From the NCBI GenBank assembly GCA_964632945.1, contig CAZWCX010000005.1, positions 9,305 to 73,304 of the forward strand: DNA of 64,000 nucleotides, given 5' to 3'. Positions 36,986 through 43,990 of this stretch are shown in pieces. Under the pieces are notes generated by a model, which saw only the letters and a list, made by a program, of their open reading frames with translations, had not been told where the DNA came from and ran no database searches. Numbering within the stretch: the stretch's first letter is position 1; each line of letters begins with the position of its first letter. Made by a program: the position numbers and the translations under genes. This DNA is from an uncultured Planctomycetia bacterium (lineage in GTDB: Bacteria; Planctomycetota; MHYJ01; WSZJ01; CAZWCX01).

Positions 36986-37020
36986 AGGGGGCTTGCGATT
37001 GCGATCGCAAGCCCCCTTGT
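36986..37020 (+). terminator. Terminator-like hairpin after copy 2
   Basis: 14-bp stem AGGGGGCTTGCGAT-TGCG-ATCGCAAGCCCCCT followed by TGT. Confidence 0.65.
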
Positions 37021-37130
37021 CCATTTCTCCTCAATCTCGCCGAATCCACGAACTTTCCGCTCGCCCCGAGGGTCTAAGGACCCGGCCATCCTTGATTCGG
37101 AAGTTCCGCAAGCTCCTTCCAGGGATTGGC

Positions 37131-37158
37131 TTGACGACTTCCCGCGACGGGCTATAAT
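37131..37158 (+). promoter_or_regulatory. sigma70 promoter for the 37200..50783 gene run
   Basis: TTGACG-N16-TATAAT. Confidence 0.75.
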
Positions 37159-37199
37159 TCATGAAGTAAAATCCTGCGCCCCCCCTCTAGGAGACGGGC

Positions 37200-39146
37200 A
37201 TGGAGTTGATCCTGAAGAAGGTCAGGGCCATCCAGCGGTGGCTCTTCCTCGTTCGCTTTGGCGAGAACTCGGTACGCCTTCTCTTCTATGCTCTGTGCAT
37301 CTTCTCGCTCCTGGTCCTGCTGGATCGCCTGATCTTCCTCAATGTCGATCTCTACCAGGGCATGGTGATCATGACCGGCACCGCTCTCCTCGGCGCGGCG
37401 GTCTGGGTAGCTCTGTCCCGGATCACCCTCCTGCGTGCCGCCATGGTCGCGGACGAGCAGCTCGGCCTGAAAGAGCGGCTTTCGAGCGCCTTGTCCGTCG
37501 GTCAAGCCGGCACTCCCATGGAGCAGGCCCTGATCCTCGATACCGCCCAGAAGGCGCAGAAGGTGGTCGTCACGCGCACCGCGTCGTTCCGGTTCCCGCG
37601 GGAGTCGCGGTTCTTCTACATCCCCGCGGCCCTCATCGTCCTCTCCCTCATGGTCCTCCCGCCGCTCGACCTCCTGGGTCGGCTCGAGGCCAAGACCATC
37701 AGCGAAGCCAAGAAGGAAGAGGCCAAGAAGGACTCGCTCAAGGTGGAGAAGCGCACCGAGAAGATCAAGAAGCGCCTGGAGGAAAAGAGTCTCCCCGAAC
37801 TCGAGGGCGTGATCAAGAAGCTGGAAGCCCTCTCGGAGGATCTGAAGGCACAGAAGACCGACAAGGTCGACGCAATGGCCAAGCTCTCGAACCTCTCCGA
37901 TGAATTGAAGGATCGTCGCGAGCAGCTCGGGGAGAAGATGGCGGTCAAGCGCGACCTGGAGTCTCTCTCCGGTGAAGAAGGCGAGATGGGCAAACTCGCC
38001 GAGGCCGTCAAGTCGGGGGATTGGGAAGAGGCCAGAGAGCAATTGAAAAACCTCGAGGAGAAGCTCAACAGCGACTCCCTCACGCCCGAGGAGAAGCAGA
38101 AACTCCAGCGGCAGCTTCAGCAACTCGCGAAGTCCCTCAAGAATGATCGCAATCTGGAGCGGCTCGGGAAGTCGCTCGAGAAGCTCGCCGAGCGCATGGA
38201 GAAGGTGCAGGACAAGCTGGGCGAGGAGGATCGCAACTACGCCAGCAAGGCATTCGAAGAACTCGATGAGCAGATGAAGACTCTCGAGGATCTGTCGGAA
38301 GAGGAACTGGAGGAGTTGGAGAAGACCCTCGACGAGCTGGAACAGGCCAAGGACGACCTGACCGAGGAAAACGGCGAGGAAGGCCAGCAGGGCCAAAATG
38401 GCCAGGACGGACAGCAGGGTCAGGAAGGCCAGGAAGGCCAAGAGGGACAGGAAGGTCAGGAAGGCCAGGAAGGCCAGAAGCAGGGCCAGCAGGGCCAGAA
38501 GCAGGGGCAGCAGGGTCAGAAGCAGGGGCAACAGGGTCAGAAAGGCCAACAAGGACAGAAGGGCCAGGAAGGCCAGAAGAAGGGCGGCGACCAGGAGTGC
38601 ATCAATTGCAAGAAGAAGATGAGCCAATCCGGCGGAACCTGAAGTAGCGGCCAGGGCAAGAAGCCCGGGACCTGAAAGGTCCTCGGGGCCTACGGGCTAG
38701 GCCGATCGAAAGCGAACCAGGGTCAAGGCGGCAAGGGCAGCCAGAGCGGCAAGGGTCTGGGATCCGGGGGTCCGGGAACGGGCAAGGGCGGCAAGGTGCC
38801 GGAGAGCGGCAATCGCAATGTCCGATTCGACAAGGAGAAGATCAAGGGGCTCCTGGACAGCAAGGGGGAGATCCTGGGCGGCATCTTCGTAAAGGGCCAG
38901 GCCACCAAGGGCGAGGCCAAGCAGGAGTACGTCGAGGCCTACAAGGCCGAGATTCAGGAATCCACCGACGCGCTCACCAAGGAAGACATTCCTCTCGGTT
39001 ACAAGCAATTCGTCTCGACCTACTTTGACTCGATCGATGGCGCCGGGGAGGATGACTCCGCGGCCGACGAGGGCGCTACACCTCCGTCCGGCGGTTCCCC
39101 CGGGGAGGGGACCAAGCCGACCGAGGGGCAAGGGGGCGGGAAGTAA
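37200..39146 (+). CDS. Membrane-anchored coiled-coil protein of the kind found with MoxR/vWA operons, with two in-frame TGAs (648 aa if read through)
   Basis: ORFs 37200..38642 and 38796..39146 share a frame, interrupted only by TGA 38640..38642 and 38673..38675. N-terminal TMs, coiled coil, GQ repeats, CINC-x10-TGA-x10-TGA, Gly-rich linker, C-terminal ALTKEDIPLGYKQFVSTYFDSI. Confidence 0.75.
38382..38579 (+). repeat. Gly-Gln low-complexity tandem repeats (9- and 21-nt units)
   Basis: GQQGQNGQDGQQGQEGQEGQEGQEGQEGQKQGQQGQKQGQQGQKQGQQGQK... Confidence 0.85.
38654..38666 (+). other. SECIS-like hairpin 11 nt after TGA 38640
   Basis: GGGC-AAGAA-GCCC, extendable by CC/GG past a bulged A. A second hairpin CCCG-GGACC-TGAAA-GGTCC-T-CGGG (38664..38687) holds the next TGA in its loop. 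Confidence 0.4.
38687..38703 (+). other. SECIS-like 17-nt hairpin exactly 11 nt after TGA 38673
   Basis: GGCCTA-CGGGC-TAGGCC, a perfect 6-bp stem with a G-containing loop. Uses codons CTA and CGA, which look rare in this GC-rich context. Confidence 0.6.
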
Positions 39147-39152
39147 CGCAGC

Positions 39153-40214
39153 ATGCATTCTCCCGCTTCCCGGACGGAGCGGCGGCCGCCGCTCTGGATC
39201 CCCGCCGTGGTCGTCGCCCTGTTCGGCCTGGGATGGCTCCTGCTCCTTGCCGGCCATCGTTCCGGGCAGTGGATCGGCCGCGTGGTCGTCTACACCAGCC
39301 TGGACGAGCTCTACTCCGAGCCGATCCTGCGCGAATTCGAGCGCCGCACTTCGGTCCGGGTCGACGTCGTCTATGACAGCGAGGCAACCAAGACGGTCGG
39401 GCTGGCCAACCGGATCCTGTTCGAGCGCCGGAACCCGCGGGCGGACGTGTTCTGGAATTCGGAAATCCTGCACACGATCCGATTGCAGGCCGAAGGGGCG
39501 TTCGAGGCGTATTCCAGCCCGTCGGCCCAGGACATTCCCGCCGAATTCCGGGATCCTGGCGGCGTGTGGACCGGCTTCGCCGCGCGCGCGAGGGTCATCG
39601 GCGCGTACAAGGACGTGCTCACGAAGCAGGGCTATCCGCCGCGAGGCATCGAGGAACTGGTCCACGCGCGTTTCCGGGACCGCATCGGCATCGCCTCGCC
39701 CTTTTTCGGGACCACGGCGACGCACATGGCCGCGCTCTGTCAGGCCCTGGGGAAGAGTCAGACGGTAGCGCTGCTGCAGAAACTGAAGAATCATGGCCTG
39801 CGCGTGTATCCCGGCAATGGCCCGGTCGCCGATGCGGTGGCACGGGGCGAGATCCTGGCCGGGCTCACCGACACCGACGACGTGGCCATTCGCAAGCAGG
39901 CCGGGAAGCCGGTGTTCGCGATCTACCCGGACGCGATGGGGATGGGAACGCTGGTCATCCCGAACACGGTGGCCCTGGTGAAGGGCGGACCGAATCCGGA
40001 GTTCGGTCGGATGCTGATCGACTTCCTGCTTTCGCGCCAGGTCGAAGAGAAGCTGGCCCGCGCACGCGGGCGCCAAATGCCGGTCCGGGACCTCCCGGTT
40101 CCCGAGGGGGACATGACCCTCTCGCAGATCCGGCCGATGAAGGTCGATTGGTCCACCCTGCCGCGGCACTTCGACGAAATCCTGCCCGAGTTGAAGCGGC
40201 TGTTCATGGATTAG
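39153..40214 (+). CDS. ABC transporter substrate-binding protein (Fe3+/thiamine-type cluster D family)
   Basis: VVVYTSLD, PRADVFW, WTGFAARARVI, GLTDTDD and LVIPNTVALVKG motifs. Confidence 0.88.
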   Translation: MHSPASRTERRPPLWIPAVVVALFGLGWLLLLAGHRSGQWIGRVVVYTSLDELYSEPILREFERRTSVRVDVVYDSEATKTVGLANRILFERRNPRADVFWNSEILHTIRLQAEGAFEAYSSPSAQDIPAEFRDPGGVWTGFAARARVIGAYKDVLTKQGYPPRGIEELVHARFRDRIGIASPFFGTTATHMAALCQALGKSQTVALLQKLKNHGLRVYPGNGPVADAVARGEILAGLTDTDDVAIRKQAGKPVFAIYPDAMGMGTLVIPNTVALVKGGPNPEFGRMLIDFLLSRQVEEKLARARGRQMPVRDLPVPEGDMTLSQIRPMKVDWSTLPRHFDEILPELKRLFMD

Positions 40215-40245
40215 CAGGGGCGGTCCGCGCCTCAGGAGGTGGCGG

Positions 40246-41829
40246 GTGCCTCGCCGGGTCGTCGTCCCCGCCGCCGCGATCGCGATTCTCCTCCTCGCGC
40301 TGCTTCCCCTGCTTTGGGTCTACCTCCTGCCCTGGGTCGACGCGGGCGGGGGCGGAGCGTTCCTCCGCGCGCTCCAGGAACCGCTTCGCTGGACCCTTGC
40401 CGCCCGCAGTCTGGCCGTGGCCGGCCTGGCGGCGACGGCGGCGACGGCGATCGGCCTGGCGGTCGGGCTGGCCCCGTCGCTTCCGGCAGGGAGACCGCGC
40501 ACGGTCTGGGCCGCCCTCGCGCTGCTTCCGCTCGCCCTTCCCCCGTACGTCTCGGCGGTCGGATGGATCGGCCTCTGCTCCGGCGAGGGCGGAATCGGGC
40601 GGATCCTGTCGTGGCTCGGATTCGGGCCACCGGACGTTTTTCTGAGGTCGGTCGTCGGGTGCGCCTGGGTGCATGCCCTGGCCTTCTGGCCCTGCGTCGC
40701 GCTGCTGGTGCGCGCGGCGCGGCTCGCGCTCGACCCGGCGGTCGAAGAGGCCGCGCGGCTGCACCTCTCGCCGGGCCGTGCGTGGCGGCGGGTCCTGCTT
40801 CCGGCGGTCGCCCGCGAGGCGCGGGCCGGGGCGGCGATCGTCTTCGTCCTTTCGCTGGCCGACTTCTCGGTGCCGTCGGTCCTGCAGGTCAACGTGTTCG
40901 CCCTCGAGGTCTTCACCCGCTTCGAGCAGAACTACGATCACGTCGCGGCCGCGGCCCTGTCCTTCCCCGTCCTGATCGCCGTCGCGGTGGCGATTTTCCT
41001 CGAGCGCCGCTGGGCGGGCGTCGCGGATCGAGCCTTCTCGCCGCAGGCGCGCCCCTTCGACTCCCCGGCGAGCGGACGGGCCTGGATCGCCCTGGGCCTG
41101 CCCCTGACGCTGGCGGTCGGCATCCCGGTCCTGCAGTTGCTCGTCGATGCCGGCGCCCCCGACGCGTACGTGCGCGTCCTCCTGGTTGCGGGTCGGCCAC
41201 TCGGAAACACCCTGCTGCTCGGATTCGCGGGTGCGCTCTGGGTCGGGCTGGCCGGACTGGTCCTGGCACTGTTGGTCCGCGGCGGGGCCCGCTGGCTCGA
41301 GGGCCCCGCCACCGCCGCCCTGGCGGCCTCGTTCGCGCTTCCCGCCGCGCTCGTCGGCATCGGATTGGCCCTGGTGTGGAATCGGCCCGGCCTCCCCGGA
41401 CTCGTCTACGGGAGCCCGGCCATCCTGCTCCTGGCCTACCTCGCCCGCTTCCTGCTGGTGCCGTTCCGGCTCGTCTGCGGCGGACTCGCATCCGACGAAC
41501 TGGGCGCTGCCCTCGACGCCGCCCGGCTCCACGGCCTGCCGCCGGCCGTCACCCTTTTCCGCGTGGTCCTGCCGTCGCTCACGGAGCACCTTCGCGCCGC
41601 TTCCCTCGCACTCTACGTTTTCATCGTCGGAGAGTTGGCCACCGTCGTGCTGGTCCAGCCCCCGGGATGGGACACCGTGCCGGTGCGCATCTTCCAATTG
41701 GTGCACTACGGGTACGAACGCGAGGTCGCCGCGCTTTGTGTGGTGCTGCTGGTCGCCGTGGTCGTTCCCGTCGCCGTGGCGTGGACCGCGTTCGATTCGG
41801 CCCGCTTGCATCCGCGCAAAGCCCTCTGA
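40246..41829 (+). CDS. ABC transporter permease with two fused TM domains (FbpB-like)
   Basis: About 12 TMs with two EAA loops (VEEAARLHLSP; ALDAARLHGLP). Confidence 0.88.
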   Translation: MPRRVVVPAAAIAILLLALLPLLWVYLLPWVDAGGGGAFLRALQEPLRWTLAARSLAVAGLAATAATAIGLAVGLAPSLPAGRPRTVWAALALLPLALPPYVSAVGWIGLCSGEGGIGRILSWLGFGPPDVFLRSVVGCAWVHALAFWPCVALLVRAARLALDPAVEEAARLHLSPGRAWRRVLLPAVAREARAGAAIVFVLSLADFSVPSVLQVNVFALEVFTRFEQNYDHVAAAALSFPVLIAVAVAIFLERRWAGVADRAFSPQARPFDSPASGRAWIALGLPLTLAVGIPVLQLLVDAGAPDAYVRVLLVAGRPLGNTLLLGFAGALWVGLAGLVLALLVRGGARWLEGPATAALAASFALPAALVGIGLALVWNRPGLPGLVYGSPAILLLAYLARFLLVPFRLVCGGLASDELGAALDAARLHGLPPAVTLFRVVLPSLTEHLRAASLALYVFIVGELATVVLVQPPGWDTVPVRIFQLVHYGYEREVAALCVVLLVAVVVPVAVAWTAFDSARLHPRKAL

Positions 41830-41865
41830 TATCATGACCCGGATTCGGTAAGGATTCAGGCCGCG

Positions 41866-42960
41866 ATGGTTGCGTCGATTCCCACCCTCGGCACACCGGT
41901 CCCGGAGTCTCTCCCTTCGGCGCGGGCGCACGGCCCCGCGCTCGAACTCGAGTCCGTGCGGCTCGAGCGGGCGGGTACTTGCGTCCTCGACGGCGTCTCC
42001 CTGCGCGTGGAGGCCGGCGAACAGGTGGCCGTGTTCGGCCCCACCGGGGCCGGCAAGACGACCCTGTTGCGCGTGATCGCGGGACTGCTGGAGCCGAACG
42101 CGGGGGAAGTGCGCATCGGCGGCCGGACCGTGTGCGGTCGCGGGCCCGCCGAGCCCCCGCATCGGCGCGGGGTGGCCATGGTATTCCAGGGGCTCGCCCT
42201 GTGGCCGAACTTGACCGTCTTCGAACACGCCTTCGAGGCCGCGCGCGCCCGCGGTCTGGACGAAGCGGCCGCCCGGGACGAAGCCAATGCCGCGATCGCC
42301 GCGGTGGCGCTCGAGCCGCTGGCGGGGGAGCGTCCGGCGCGGCTCTCCGGAGGCGAGCGGCAGCGGCTGGCGATGGCGCGCGCCCTGGCAGCGAAACCGC
42401 ACTTGCTGCTGCTGGACGAACCGTTTGCGAACATCGACCGCCCGGCGCGGGATCTCATGATCCGGCGCCTGGATGCCCTCCGGCGCGAGTCCGGCTCGGC
42501 GGTCGTGTGGGTGACGCACGACGTCCATGAAGGCCTGGAAGGATCGGGCCGGGTGGCGATCCTGCGCGCCGGTCGCATCGAGCAGGTCGGCTCTCCCTGC
42601 GAGGTCTTTGCCGCGCCGGTGTCGCGGTTCACCGCGGCGTGCGTCGGGTTTTCCGCCTTTCTGCCGGCGCTGCGCGTCTCCGCAGGCGAGGTCGAAACCC
42701 GCTGGGGCCGCTTCGTGGTCGCCGGCGGCGCCGAAGGGGACGGCGACGGATTCCTCGCCCTGCGCCCCCGGGCGCTGGCGCGGGACGAATCGTCCCCGTT
42801 GCGCGGGATGGTGGCTTCCTGCGGGTTTCGCGACGGCGCATACCTTGCGCGGGTGCAGGTGGACGGAGCGGATCTCGTGTGCGCCGTGCCGGAACCGCTG
42901 GCGCCCGGCATGGAAGTCGGGGTCCGGATCTCCGGTTGCGGAGTTTTCGTGCGTGCCTGA
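41866..42960 (+). CDS. ABC transporter ATP-binding subunit (FbpC/PotA-like)
   Basis: GPTGAGKTT, LSGGERQR, LLLDEPF and VTHD motifs; TOBE-like tail. Confidence 0.92.
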   Translation: MVASIPTLGTPVPESLPSARAHGPALELESVRLERAGTCVLDGVSLRVEAGEQVAVFGPTGAGKTTLLRVIAGLLEPNAGEVRIGGRTVCGRGPAEPPHRRGVAMVFQGLALWPNLTVFEHAFEAARARGLDEAAARDEANAAIAAVALEPLAGERPARLSGGERQRLAMARALAAKPHLLLLDEPFANIDRPARDLMIRRLDALRRESGSAVVWVTHDVHEGLEGSGRVAILRAGRIEQVGSPCEVFAAPVSRFTAACVGFSAFLPALRVSAGEVETRWGRFVVAGGAEGDGDGFLALRPRALARDESSPLRGMVASCGFRDGAYLARVQVDGADLVCAVPEPLAPGMEVGVRISGCGVFVRA

Positions 42961-43038
42961 TCCGGCTGCGACCGGTTGTCCTTCGAGTGCTCTCCTTCGC
43001 GTTCCGGGCCGCGGCCCGAACCGGGAAACGACCTTCGC

Positions 43039-43983
43039 ATGATCGTACTCGTCCCGCGCGGCTTCGTCCGATGGGTCGCGATCCTCGTCCTCGGGATCGC
43101 GATCCCGGGTTGCGACCGCGTCCAGGCCGCGACCCAGCCTTCCGCGCCGGGAGCCTTCATCATCGGCTCCGCCGGCAATCAGCCGGGACGCTTCGTGAAG
43201 CCGCGCGCGGTGGCGGTCGCACCCGACGGGACCGTCTGGGTGATGGACCGGTCCGGCCGTCTGCAGGCGTTCGACGACCGCGGGAACTACCTCCGCGGCT
43301 GGATCATGCGGGACGTCGAAAAGGGAACGCCCGAGGACATCGAGTGCGATCGCGAGGGCAACATCCTGGTCACCGAGACCCACTATGCGAAAATCACCGT
43401 CTATTCGCCCGCCGGGGACGTCGTGCGCGAGTGGGGATCGTGGGGCAAGGAGCCGGGACAATTCATCTACCCGGTGGGACTGGCCGTGGACGCGGACGGC
43501 AACGTCTTCGTGAGCGAATACGGAGGCAATGATCGGGTGCAGAAATTCGACCGGCACGGCAACTTTCTGCTCCAGTGGGGGCGCTTCGGCGAGGCCCGCG
43601 GGGAGTTCACGCGGCCCGAAGACGTGTGCGTCGACGACCGCGGACGCGTCTACGTCGCGGACTCCTGCAACCATCGGATCCAGGTCTTCGACTCCTCGGG
43701 GGCGCTGCTGGACGTCTGGGGCGAAGTGGGCGACGCCCCGGGGCAGTTGCGCTACCCGTACGACGTCGAGATCCGGCCGGACGGCGATCTCGTCGTCTGC
43801 GAGTACGGCAATCACCGCGTGCAGCGCATGACCCCGGAGGGCCGGCCGCGGTCCTCGTGGGGCCGCGTCGGTCGGGCCGACGGCGAGCTCAACTTCCCTT
43901 GGGATCTCGCGGTCGACCGGCAGGGCCGCTGCCTCGTCGCCGACACGCAGAACCATCGCGTGCAACGGTTCACACTCGATTGA
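43039..43983 (+). CDS. NHL-repeat six-bladed beta-propeller protein
   Basis: Repeated GxFxxPxGxAVDxxGxVYVxDxxNHRxQxF units; N-terminal signal or lipoprotein-like segment (ILVLGIAIPGC). Confidence 0.9.
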   Translation: MIVLVPRGFVRWVAILVLGIAIPGCDRVQAATQPSAPGAFIIGSAGNQPGRFVKPRAVAVAPDGTVWVMDRSGRLQAFDDRGNYLRGWIMRDVEKGTPEDIECDREGNILVTETHYAKITVYSPAGDVVREWGSWGKEPGQFIYPVGLAVDADGNVFVSEYGGNDRVQKFDRHGNFLLQWGRFGEARGEFTRPEDVCVDDRGRVYVADSCNHRIQVFDSSGALLDVWGEVGDAPGQLRYPYDVEIRPDGDLVVCEYGNHRVQRMTPEGRPRSSWGRVGRADGELNFPWDLAVDRQGRCLVADTQNHRVQRFTLD

Positions 43984-43990
43984 GGCGTCG

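Noticed and set aside
35360-37024. Minus-strand ORFs 35360..35614, 36592..36804 and 36569..37024
   Set aside because: They are antisense to the peptide genes, whose strand is supported by SD, signal peptide, sigma54 promoter and terminator.
35499-38579. CRISPR array or transposon-derived repeats
   Set aside because: The repeats are coding (a duplicated CDS and GQ/GD low-complexity tracts). There is no repeat-spacer periodicity, cas gene, transposase or terminal inverted repeat.
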